A stretch of 46,354 bases of DNA from Thraustochytrium aureum (Eukaryota): the NCBI GenBank assembly GCA_012862495.1, contig BLSG01000100.1, forward strand, positions 1 to 46,354, written 5' to 3'. The first letter of the stretch is position 1, and each line of letters opens with the position of its first letter. Positions 32,778 through 43,757 of the stretch are shown piece after piece. Under the pieces are notes generated by a model that did no database searches, was not told the origin of the DNA, and worked only from the letters and a program-made list of their open reading frames with translations. Both the position numbers and the translations under genes were made by a program.

Positions 32778-33607
32778 TTCGCCCATTTGTGCTTCTGTTA
32801 GCTAGCTAGCTCTAGAGAGAGAGAGAGATTCCTTTGGCGACGGCCCGGTTGCAGTCACCAGGGACGGGCCGATCTGCCGCAGGGCGTCCGTCGTCCGACT
32901 AGCGCGACTTGCTCGTCGCCTGTGAAGCAGATGATTGTGAGAACGCCGTTCCGCCCCTTGTGTCACGTCAGTACGACCATTCAACCACACTTCCAAGGCA
33001 GGCTGCGAGCAAGCAAGCAGGTGCGCTGGCCCAGCCTGCCTGTTNNNNNNNNNNNNNNNNNNNNNNNNNNNNNNNNNNNNNNNNNNNNNNNNNNNNNNNN
33101 NNNNNNNNNNNNNNNNNNNNNNNNNNNNNNNNNNNNNNNNNNNNNNNNNNNNNNNNNNNNNNNNNNNNNNNNNNNNNNNNNNNNNNNNNNNNNNNNNNNN
33201 NNNNNNNNNNNNNNNNNNNNNNNNNNNNNNNNNNNNNNNNNNNNNNNNNNNNNNNNNNNNNNNNNNNNGCAGCAGTAGGTAGTAGCAACATCAGAGGCCA
33301 AGGGCCGACATAATTGCAATTCCGATCCACCAGCCCGCCCGTCCACACGCCTCGCAAGACGAGAGCGGCATGCACGGGCAGGACTTGGAAGCCTTGGTTT
33401 TGGGACTCTACAACCACAACCGCCTGCTTGTTTGCTTGCGTACGGAGAGGAAGTGAGCTCGAGGCTTGGCCTCCACTCTGGCATTGTGCAGCTGCCTCTC
33501 TCGCCTTTTCTACTCTCTCTCTTTGAAACTCTGTTCACAGCAGTCCTGCAACGCCACCTGGGCGCGAAACATCGGCAAAGCGCCCGCGGCAGCCTCGCCA
33601 CTTTGGA

Positions 33608-33702
33608 GCACGCTCGCTCGCTCGCACGCACCCACGCACGCACGCTCGCTCGCTCGCTCGCTCGCTCGAACGCACGCACGCACGCAGGCACGCACGCACG
33701 AC
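33608..33702. repeat. (GCTC)n/(GCAC)n microsatellite upstream of the P450
   Basis: Visible tetranucleotide runs. Confidence 0.8.
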
Positions 33703-33746
33703 TGCGAGCCAGCGCCTCACGCTGTCAGGAGGGTAGGTGAGGAGAG

Positions 33747-35453
33747 ATGGAGCGCGTCAAACGTGTGACGCAACACCTGACGCGGGCGAACGCGCCGTCG
33801 GCGCAAGCGGAGGGACCTCAAGTGCAGTCGGCAGAGGACATGTGGGGCTCTGGCGACAGGCTGGAGGCCTTTTTCGACAAGCTCCCGAACGAGCTCCCCA
33901 AGGCGGGCGAATACGACCCGAGCCAACACCTCCCCGGACCCCTGCGCGACAGCAAGCGGTACCCGCGCGGATGGGTGGACGCCTACAAGGACCTCAACGA
34001 AAGCCAAAAGTTCGGGCGCGTCCACGTCAAGCTCGCAGAGTGGCAGCGGGACTACGGGAACGGGTCTCTCTCGACCAACATCGTCGTGCCCTACCTCATC
34101 TTCCGCCGCAGCGACGGGGACGAGGGATCGCGAGTCCCCCCTGTGGTGACCCAAGAGGTGATCATTGGCGACCCAGAGGACGCGGCGCGCATCGGCCGCG
34201 TACACGTGAAAAAGCAGCCCAACTTCAACCTCTTCTTCTACGGCAGCGTCATCTCCACCGTGGACAACGAGTACTGGCGCATGCAGCGCGAGCAACTCGT
34301 ACCCGGGTTTCTGCCCAAGGCATCGCTGGAGCAAATTTTCAAGGTGAGCGCCGACCGAGCGCAATTTTGCGCCGAGCGCCTGGCCCGCGAACATGACGCA
34401 CGCGGCGGAAGGGTCGACATGAACGAGTTCCTCTTGTTTGAGACACAGGCCCAGCTGCAGCTCGCGCTCTTTGGCGAGTCGGAGGAGTTCATGCAAGCGA
34501 CCAACGAAAAGTTTCGCCACGCAATGGGCGGCTCGGAGGAGCCCGGATTTGTGCGGCCCTTCTGCAAGGAACTCGCACGACGCATGGACGACCCCACTCG
34601 CACTGGCGCAGCCGTCCCAGAGGACGTGGCGGCAGGGAGATGCCCGATGGCGCAAGGGCCGCTCAGCGCGCAGCTGCGCACGATGGAGGGCGTCGCGCCG
34701 CGGACGCGCGAGGGAAACTCGCTCATCTTTGCCTTTGCCGGGCACGACACGACGGGCCACACCTTGACCTGGCTCCTTTTCGAGCTGGCGCGCAACCCGA
34801 GCGTGCAGCAGCGGCTTCGCGCCGAGGTGGACGCGTTCTTTGAATCTCTGGACGGGCGGCAGCCCGAGTACGGAGACCTGGTGCGCCTGCCGTTCATGAC
34901 GCGGTGCGTCATGGAGACGCTGCGGCTCTGGCCGGCGGTGGCGAACGGGACGTTTCGGGAGATCCAGTTTGAGGAAACGATTAAGGGCCCCGACGGGAAG
35001 GAGGTGCTCCTCAAGCCTGGGACCTACGTGCGCATCGTCAACTGGTCGCGCCACCGCAACCCGGAGCTCTGGGGCGCTGACGCCGACAAGTTCAACCCGG
35101 ACCGGGAATTTCACGACGCGGAGACGTGGCATGGCGACCCCTTCAAGGCTTACAATCCTGCAACGCCGCGCTTTTCCCCCTTTGCCTTTCCGCCTCGCGG
35201 CTGCATCGGCATGAACTTTGCGCAGATGGAGATTCGCCTCATCCTCTGCCACCTGTTGCGCTCGTTTGAGTTTCGGTTGCCGCAAGAGTTTCTCGCCAAG
35301 CTGGACGAATCGTATGCGGGCGTCAACTACGGCACGCTTGGTCCGGTGGACCTCCTGCAGCCGCCACTCGTCACCGGGTTTCCTGGGTGGGCGCCAAAGG
35401 TCAAGGTTCCCGGCGGCATGCCAATGGACGTCGTGCCGCTCCAACGCCGCTAG
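33747..35453 (+). CDS. Cytochrome P450 with no N-terminal TM anchor and a PTS2-like N-terminus
   Basis: C-helix WRMQR, I-helix FAGHDTT, K-helix ETLR, meander FNPDR and heme-Cys loop FAFPPRGCIG. Confidence 0.95.
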   Translation: MERVKRVTQHLTRANAPSAQAEGPQVQSAEDMWGSGDRLEAFFDKLPNELPKAGEYDPSQHLPGPLRDSKRYPRGWVDAYKDLNESQKFGRVHVKLAEWQRDYGNGSLSTNIVVPYLIFRRSDGDEGSRVPPVVTQEVIIGDPEDAARIGRVHVKKQPNFNLFFYGSVISTVDNEYWRMQREQLVPGFLPKASLEQIFKVSADRAQFCAERLAREHDARGGRVDMNEFLLFETQAQLQLALFGESEEFMQATNEKFRHAMGGSEEPGFVRPFCKELARRMDDPTRTGAAVPEDVAAGRCPMAQGPLSAQLRTMEGVAPRTREGNSLIFAFAGHDTTGHTLTWLLFELARNPSVQQRLRAEVDAFFESLDGRQPEYGDLVRLPFMTRCVMETLRLWPAVANGTFREIQFEETIKGPDGKEVLLKPGTYVRIVNWSRHRNPELWGADADKFNPDREFHDAETWHGDPFKAYNPATPRFSPFAFPPRGCIGMNFAQMEIRLILCHLLRSFEFRLPQEFLAKLDESYAGVNYGTLGPVDLLQPPLVTGFPGWAPKVKVPGGMPMDVVPLQRR

Positions 35454-35978
35454 AGCCGCAGTCCGGGCTTTCGGCAGCGCCAGCTGGAGCCGTAGTCCGG
35501 GTTTCCTGCAGCGCGAGCGGCCCGCTGGCGGGGCGATCACCGCGTTGTTGGCGCGAGGAGCGGCCCCGAGGCGTTTCCGGCGCCAGCGTTGCGAGCTCGC
35601 CCGCAAGAAGAGACTCGTCCTCGCAGCCGCCCCGGTGACAGAACAGGGCAAGCATGCACTCACCACCAACACCAACGTACTCTCTCTCTCCCTCTCCCTC
35701 CCTGCACCTNNNNNNNNNNNNNNNNNNNNNNNNNNNNNNNNNNNNNNNNNNNNNNNNNNNNNNNNNNNNNNNNNNNNNNNNNNNNNNNNNNNNNNNNNNN
35801 NNNNNNNNNNNNNNNNNNNNNNNNNNNNNNNNNNNNNNNNNNNNNNNNNNNNNNNNNNNNNNNNNNNNNNNNNNNNNNNNNNNNNNNNNNNNNNNNNNNN
35901 NNNNNNNNNNNNNNNNNNNNNNNNNNNNNNNNNNNNNNNNNNNNNNNNNNNNNNNNNNNNNNNNNNNNNNNNNNNNNN

Positions 35979-37228
35979 AAGAACGAGTACCTGGCCTGGG
36001 TCAAGGCGCACGCGCGGCTGTACCGGACGCGGCTCTGCACCGCCCACCCGCGCCGCGTTGGGTCATTCGCAGAGCACGTCCCGTTCGAGCGAGACTTTAT
36101 CGAGCGCGAGCTACTCAACTCGCTGCCCACGTTCGAAGCAGCCGTCGAGGGCGGGCTGTACGAGCCCGGCTCGCGTGGCGTTGTCTTCACAGTCCGCCAA
36201 GACCCTGAGCAGTTGGATATGGTGCTACGCACGGTCGAGCTCTTGGCGCGGCAAAACAAAGAGCAGCTCGAAGTGGAAGTTTGGTTTTCCGAGCCGGCCC
36301 CGCCAAGCGACCACCCGCTCTGCGCACGCGAGGGCGTCCAATGCAAGCTGTTCTACGGACCGCGCGGCAACCTGGACGGTATGACGCACACGGAATTGCA
36401 CAACACCGGGTATGCTTTCTGCGTGTATGCCATCGTCTTCAGCCGGTTCCAAGAGGTTCTCTTCCTCGACGTCGACGCTGCCCCGCTCGCGGACGTCAGC
36501 GCACTCTTCTCTAGCCGCGCGTTCCGCAAGGCCGGCCATCTCCTGTATGCTGACTTTTGGGGCTCCAACTCTTCCGGCGCCGGGCAGACAGCGTCTCCCG
36601 AGAGTGAGCTCTGGGCGCTGGTGAACGCAAAGCCGTACCCGACCCGCGAGCTAGAGTCGTCTGTCGTGCTCGTCGACAAGCAGAAAGTGTGGCGCGAGAT
36701 GAACCTTGTGCTGCACCTTGTGCGCCACCAGCAGCTCATGGAGGAGCGCGCACCTCGGGCTACGCCAAAGTGGCGCACGGCGACAAGGACTTGTGGCGGC
36801 TAGCTTTCCTCTACCTGCGCACGCCGATGCTGGTCGGGCAGCCAGTGATGCTGGGCTACCTCAAGTTTGGTTTGTTTTTTCGGCGCCAGTCGTTTGGCCA
36901 CATTGGGCCTTGGCACAACGACCGCGTCCTTTTCGTGCACCAGCCAAAGATCATGGACTTGCCGCGCTGGTCGGCGCTCGACAAGGCACTTACTGACGTC
37001 CACTGCCGCGACCTCTCGCGCGGCTACTACACGTGGGGTGGGTTCAACTTTTGGGACTATTTGCCGTGCGTATTTGACTATGACGCGCAGACGGGCCGTC
37101 TCGCCCCGGGCCGCGCCTCTCTCTGGCTCTTGCACCAGTGCGCCTCGACCGAGCGGGACGTCACCGTAACTTGCGCGAGCGCTCCGCCAGAAGACCTGCC
37201 AGAGCCGCTGCCGCGAGACGAGCTCTGA
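35979..37228 (+). CDS. Alpha-mannosyltransferase, GT71 (MNN2/MNN5-like); 5' end in gap, frameshift at ~36750
   Basis: SRGVVF, LEVEVW, AIVFSRFQEVLFLDVD, LYADFW and ELESSVVLVDK, with HGDKDLWRLAF in the next frame. Confidence 0.85.
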
Positions 37229-37919
37229 GCCACGAACGCGATGTCGAGCACTGTGTCGGTAGGTACTCCTGCACGCTCTCGTGCTTGGCCGGTAACCGTG
37301 GCACGTTTCGCCCCAGTTGAGTGCAAGCCTGCGATACCTCATGCTGAGCAAGGGAAAGCACTCAATTGGGAAAAAAAAACAATCATCTTTTACTCGTGCG
37401 GGCCAGGTTGGCCGTGCCGCAGAGATCCGCGATGCTTCTTGACAAACAAGACCGTGCAGCTGACACGTCGCTCGCAGGCCTTCGTGGTTGCGGCTCCTTG
37501 TGGATGGGGAGCGCAAGCGGCTTCGTGCTCTGGTCGACCAACGTCAACCAACTCGACACCGCATCAACGGAAGGCCGTCGTTCGCCAAGCCCAGCATCAT
37601 CTACTCCGGAGAGTTTGGCGGGGCCCAGCCTCAACTGGTCTGGAGCATGTAGAGTAAGTAGATAGGGTGAGTAGTACCACGTTCTGATTCATGTTGCGGC
37701 TTGTGTTAGGAGATCATCTGACCTGACTTGCGTACCGACCCTGCCTGCCAGCGCCACGTGAGCTCTGGGGCAATCGGCCAGTATTCCGAACAGGTTTTGG
37801 GGTCGGGTCGATTCGGCCAGCTCGCTTGGCTTGGCTTTTCGACTCGGGCTCATGGATTCGAGTACTACCTACTGCTTGCTGATGGCCCACAGCTGCTGCT
37901 GGGTCGGCAAGTATAGCCT

Positions 37920-40900
37920 TTACCGGCCGTTCCCATCGGAAGGTCCTCGAATGATCGGGAGGTCGCGGCCCCTGCGTCGCTGGCGCGACTGCCGAAAGCT
38001 GTCTGTGACTGCGTCGCCGTGGTTTGCGGGCGTTTGCGATGCGTCGCTCTCCGCCGTCGCCAGCTTGGCGGCAGTCGTCCCGGCTGGTCCACCCGTCGAG
38101 CGCCCACTGTCCATCTTTGTCTCCGCGCCTTGGCGCTGGTGCGTCTTGTACGACCAGACGCTCACCTTCTCCATGTCCCAAACACCATCCCAGTCCGGGT
38201 GGCTGAAACCGCCATTCTCGAGGAGATGGCAGCAACGGTCTTCGAAGAGAACCGAGGGCGCATCGCCGAGGTCTGCAGCTCGCTCGAAGATCTTGAATGC
38301 GCCGTGGATATCCTTGGCGCGATAGACGCGTAACCCGTCTTTGTACTCTCGCAAGGCGCTGATTTTCTCCGGCGACGCCACGTCGGAGAGCCTCTTGGCA
38401 AAGCCCAGTACCTCAAAAAGACGCGTGACATCGTCTTTGCCTGCGACACGCACCACATCGACCTCGCGAAGGAACAGACGCGGCTCTGCCGCCTCCGTAC
38501 ACTCCTCTGTGAAATCGCTTGCTTCCATCTGGTCGAGAACGACAACCGGAGCGCCGCAGTCGACCAAGTCTCGGTACGTGGAATCGCTGACCAAGTTGGA
38601 GAGTCCGTACTCTTTGGTGCTCGACTCAAGCCTGGAAGCCACGTTCACTGCGTCGCCGATTACGGTGTACTCGAACCGGTTTTCCGATCCAATGTTGCCA
38701 CTGTACACTTCGCCCGTGCTCACGCCCACGCCAATCTTGATTGCCGGTTTCCCCGTTGCAGCGCGCCCCTCGTTAAACCGAGCCAGCTCGTACTCCATCG
38801 CAACCGCCGCCTTGCAGGCGTTCGTCGAGTCTTGAGGAGTGGCATTGGGCACGCCAAAGACTGCCATGAGCGCATCCCCGATAAACTTGTCCACAATCCC
38901 GCCATGCTTGGTGATGACCTCGACCATGCAGGAAAAGTACTCGTTGAGCGTCTGGAAAACCTCAGAGGGCCCCACCTCCTCGCTGAACGTTGTAAATCCG
39001 CGGATGTCGGAGAACAAGATGCTCACCTTTTGCTTGGTGCCGCCGAGCTGGAGTTTTTCCGTCTTGAGTCAAAAGATGGTGCACGATGTCTGGGGCGAGG
39101 TACTTGTTGAGCGTCTGCTTGAGCTTTTGCTCTGGCGTTTTGTCGTCAATGCAGAGCACGGCGCCAAGGAGCCGCTTCTCGTCATCTTCCAGGAATACAT
39201 GCGCGTTCGACTCGACGTTGTCCGCGATGTTGAGCGCGAAGATCGACTCGTCCCTGTTGATCCCGAGCCTGCTCGCGGGCCCCTGCGGCCTGGAAGGCGC
39301 ACTGGTGGACGACGACGACGCGCTTCCGATGGCCGCCAGGCTGTTGTTTAGTCCAGGGGCAGAGGCGAAGGGCGTGCGCCCGCCTTGCCACGCGCGCTCA
39401 GTTTGGACTCTGCTCACCTCGGACGAGGAAATGTCGAACGGAAACTCGCTCGAGAGACCAGACGAGCTCCGCAACGACGCGCTCCGCACCTCCCCAAGTT
39501 GAACGCCGCCTGTCTTGCACTGGAGACGCACTAGGTCGTCAAAGCTCGTGCCCACGCCGACGAGCGGCTTGATCGTGTAGTTGACAATGTGGGCTGTGTT
39601 GCTGACAAGGTAGTCGGATCGCACGACCCCAATATCTGCCATTTTGTCCGGCGAGCAGTTGTTGGACTTGGCCAAGACCGACCGCAGCTCGTGCCCATAT
39701 TTTGATCCGGCAGCCAATCCATGACGGCCTCAGTCCTCATGCGCTCCGCAGACACGGGCGTCTCGGCGCCGAACAGCGCGTTGATAGCCCGGCTCCCGCG
39801 ATTGCTCCCCATCAGCATGCCGTTGCGGTCCACCGTGATGACGACCTCAGAAACATTGTCCAACACGCACTTGAGCCGGTTCTGCACAATGAACGCTTGC
39901 GAAAAGAGGTCCATGTTTGAGATGGTCACTCCCAGCATGGAAAACATGCCCCAAAGCAGGCGCTCGTCGTCCTCGTCAAAGCTCAAGTCCCGATTGCTCC
40001 CTCCGTCGTATGCGACGCTTCCCTTGGACGGGTCGCGCAACGAAGCTGTCATCATGGGGGTGCCTTTCATTTTCATGGACGAATTGGGCCCCCCTCTGCC
40101 CTGTGTCTCTACGTCGTCCTCTTGGTCGTTTGCATCGGCGAATGTCTCGCTGCGCTTGTTGATCAGCTGGACGACAGCCACGACTTGGCCTCGCGAGTTT
40201 TTGATTGCCCCACAGAGGACTGACCGCGTGCGGAACTTTGTGGCGGTATCAACGTCCTTGTTGAAGCGCTTGTCGAGATAGGCGTCCTCGACGTTCACCA
40301 TCTCGCCCGTGCGCGCCACATAGCCCACAATGCCTTTGTCCATCGGCAGTGTGATGATCTCGTCGTTGTGCGCCGCTCCCCACTCTTGCGAGAAACTCTT
40401 GTCCACGGTCCACAACACCTTGTCGTTGTGGTTCACGAAAAAAACCGAGCAGCGCTCGGTGTGGAACGTCTCTTGGAGCTTGCAAATAATCATGTCGATC
40501 AGGGAATGTACGTCCAGTTGGGAGCCGAGCGAGACAGCCACGTCAAGCATTGCTTCTTTGCGCAACCTCTCCTTTCGCTCTTTGTCTCGCATTTTGGTAT
40601 GTGCGACGAACCCAGATACAATCGTCGCCACAGTTTCCAGAAGCGCCGTCTCCTCCTGCGAAAAGGGCGTTCCGTCAAGCTTGTTCATTACTTGGATAAC
40701 AGCCTCCACCTCCATGTGGGCTTGCGCCTCCATGCCCGCGCTTGGGAGTGGCGTGGACAAAGCCCTGCTACAGTCGACGGTAGCTCGTGGTGTATGCGAC
40801 TCGTCCTTGTCGCCCTCCTCGGCGATTGGACGTGCCAAGGAAGGGGCACCCTGGCCCGCCATGGTGCCCGGGTTTTGAACGTCGACACTGCTTCGGGGTT

Positions 40901-41653
40901 CTCCGGGCGAGTTGGTGCTGCCGCGGTGCATCGGCCAAAACCCCACAGGGATTGTCAACAACTGTTTGGTGCGGTACCTTGTCTTCTCATCGAGGAGGGC
41001 GCAGAATCGGCCGTCTTTGTATGCGTCGGGGACACTCACCGACACGCCGTTTCTTACAACCCAGCCCGCAATGCCTTTGTCGATTGGGATCGTCAAGGAT
41101 GCGTTGCTGTCAGTCGCCCGGAGGCCAGCCTGGCGGACGATCTGGACGCGAAGCAGCCGCTGCTCCTTGTCCACCATGTAGAGCACCGCGCGCTGGGCTC
41201 CAACAAGATCGCACACTGTGCGAATGAGGAAGGTGAACTGCGATCGCGAGTCGTGCCTCAGCGACAGCTCGCGCGCCAGCGTGTTGACCTGCAGCACACG
41301 TTTGAGTTGGATGAGCGATTCGCTCAGGAGGCCCTCGCGTCGCTGGTGATTTGGCCGCTCACGATTTCGCGCGCGTAAGCGGCGACTTCGGTGTTGGAGC
41401 TGTGCTCGACAAACTCGTGGAGTTTCTTGGCCTTCTCCGCGATGCGCGGGGAGCTGCGCGGCTCTGCCGGGGGGCTACCTATGTGCTGCGCATTGCGTTC
41501 GGCCTCAGTGCCACCCTCGCTGGCTGCCAAAGGGGAGGTTGGTTGCGTGCCATCGTCAGCGCCTGGTTGAAGCTTGCTCTTGCCGGAGAAGGTGCTGCTC
41601 GTCCATTTGCTGCTCGCGCCGTGTCCACCAGGCGCCGAAACAGCTCCACCCAT
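37920..41653 (-). CDS. GAF-GAF-PAS class III adenylate cyclase (CyaB-like) with a C-terminal TPR-like tail; three apparent frameshifts (~41360, ~39700, ~39056)
   Basis: Two GAF domains (DKGIAGWV..DAYKDGRF..MNK..PFSQEE; DKGIVGYVARTG..DAYLDKRFN..INK..FDEDDE) and a PAS segment (LDNVSEVVITVDRNG). Catalytic motifs ILFSDIRGFTTFSE, DKFIGDALMAVFG and EYTVIGDAVNVASRLE. Tail DRC..DWDGVW. N-terminus MGGAVS. Confidence 0.9.
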
Positions 41654-42526
41654 CGAGCGAATGCAGTGGTTTTGGACAAGAACTCGCTACGGTACTTGCC
41701 GAGTATGCTTGCCCTTTTCGTACGCTACTTACTCGACTCACTGTGCCAGTTTGGTGTCTGGTGCGTTGGCACTTTCCGCCCACCTTCCGCGGTCGCGACT
41801 GAGTCTCTCTCTCTGTCAATCCCGCCCTTCCTCTCCGTGCCATTGTGACCGCACCAGAGTTGCTCTACCCTTGCGAGCCAGCCACCAGCACTCTGCCTGT
41901 AACGCCAGCGCTTCGCCGACATGCGCGACTCGCCGACTCGTCAAATCGTCGTTGTTACAATTGCATCCAGGAACTCCAACGGCTCTGCCAGGTCCACAAC
42001 GACGGCCGACACGCCATTGGCCGATGAGTACTCACTCTGCTCTGGCTATTTGGACTGAAGGAGGGAAGGCATTCTTAGCACCGGTATCCGTATTCGCCGG
42101 AGAGCGGCGAACTGTTTCAAGCTGGGATGGTGTGATTTTGGGGGTGGGGTTCGTTCTTCCAGGAAGGCGTTTTCGAGCCGCGGTTTATTGGCACCAGAGC
42201 ACGAGTACCGGTGCACGTCCAAATGGAGCCAGAAACGCCGCTTCAGGCGCACGGTCGGCCGCGGTTCCTCGACATTGCTTCCGCGAACTGCACTTGCTGT
42301 TCTCGCGATCGAAGGCGGCGGCCACAGCTAGAGCCGGTCTATGGCCGCCCATTCGTGGGCCATGAATACCGTTTCGATACTCGGCACGAAATGAAACCGT
42401 GGACAGCAGGCGCGAGTCTGAGCCACACCGAGAAGGAGGAGGGGGGGGGGGGGGGGAGATGGATTGATCAGCGTTCTCGATGGCAACAGCGACATCCGCA
42501 CAACCCAACCTGAGACCGCATTTCTA

Positions 42527-43390
42527 CTACGATTTTGAATTCACCGTGGAGTAGGTTGCTCGAGCCACGCCCCCAGAGAGGGGCCGACTGCCCAGGACTC
42601 CTGCGGGCCAGCGAGCAGCGAGCGCGGTTCGCTCGCTGGCAACACTAGACGCCTGCTCGCAGCTTGTGAAGCGGGTTTGCAGCTTGGTGTTGGCCGGCGA
42701 CAACGCATGCCTCGGATATCGGGCGGCAGTTATTTCGCTCGTTGTTGGCCCCCGTGCGTCGCTTGGGCCTACACGGATCCCTTCGTTCAGATTGATTCTG
42801 CTCCTTGGAGAGAGCCGCAGGCCCTTGCAAACGAGCTCTAAAGTCAGCAGATTGGAGCATTCTCCGTACCTGTCGAATAGCACGAACGAGCGGCCAACGC
42901 AGAGAAACCCCAGAACGCAGTGCTTTCCGCTCATCTCGCCAAGTCGCTTGCATTGCTGCCGAAGCTTGTACCTGTTTTGCTTTGAGTCGACCTTGACCTC
43001 GATGTAGACGAGGACGGTCTCGCCGCTGCTTGGTCGCCTCCACTGAAAAACCAGATCGGGGGCAGCAAAGATGCTACCGTCCTGCCTGAGCAACTTGGTT
43101 TCATGCCCGACAAGCGCTAAGCCGTTCTTGCATAGGAAGCTGGACACCTTGACGTGCCCTGCGAAGGACCTGTGCCCATTGTCCCTGAGCTGAGCGGACG
43201 CTTTCGCCGGCTCGGGCTCTACGCATGGCTCCGGCCTCGTCGCGAAGCGCACGCTGCGCCCCCCCGCCTTGGTGACTGGGTCTGTTGCGTGAACGGCGTG
43301 CCTTGTCGGCGCGGTGGGTTTGGGCTCCAAATCCGCCTCGGCAGGGCTTGCAAGCGCTCGTTGCGACTTGCAGCTCAAGCACGACCCCAT
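42527..43390 (-). CDS. PD-(D/E)xK nuclease-like (YraN/restriction-endonuclease fold) protein, paralog 1, with an N-acylation motif
   Basis: MGSCLSCK N-terminus; core SFAGHVKV..FL.KNG..VGHE..APDLVF..LVYIEVK..LRQQCKRL. Confidence 0.65.
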   Translation of the reverse strand: MGSCLSCKSQRALASPAEADLEPKPTAPTRHAVHATDPVTKAGGRSVRFATRPEPCVEPEPAKASAQLRDNGHRSFAGHVKVSSFLCKNGLALVGHETKLLRQDGSIFAAPDLVFQWRRPSSGETVLVYIEVKVDSKQNRYKLRQQCKRLGEMSGKHCVLGFLCVGRSFVLFDRYGECSNLLTLELVCKGLRLSPRSRINLNEGIRVGPSDARGPTTSEITAARYPRHALSPANTKLQTRFTSCEQASSVASERTALAARWPAGVLGSRPLSGGVARATYSTVNSKS

Positions 43391-43757
43391 TTGAGCGCGC
43401 CGTCGCTATGCGCCTGCCCTTCAGTCGGGCAAAGCAACCGCTGGGCGACCCCTGCCTCTGGTCTGTTGCTTGGCGCGAGCGCCTGCGCCGAGTACTCCAA
43501 GAGTCAATAGGCAAAGGATACCCTCTGGAGTAGGAGTAATTAAGTACTCTACTAGGACTGTGGTACGCACAAGGGCGGGGCGGTACTCACTCGAGCTACA
43601 TCGGCCACTGACGACCACATGCCATGGACAAGGTGGTCCGTGACCCCATGCGACTCGCCGTTTTCCCTTACGGTAGGCGCGGGGCTCCCCCCCACAGCTC
43701 CACAGGCGCCACTGCCGTGGCAGGTGCGCAGAGACGTAGAAAGCATCATGCGACTTT

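Noticed and set aside
31715..36047. Long antisense ORFs opposite the dehydrogenase and P450 (also seen opposite GPD1 and SPAG6)
   Set aside because: These are shadow ORFs caused by high GC3 codon bias and N gaps.
8940..41365. Euplotes-like programmed frameshifting or insertional RNA editing
   Set aside because: There is no common AAA-TAR or slippery heptamer, both directions occur, and the sites are biased to homopolymers. Sequencing error is more parsimonious.
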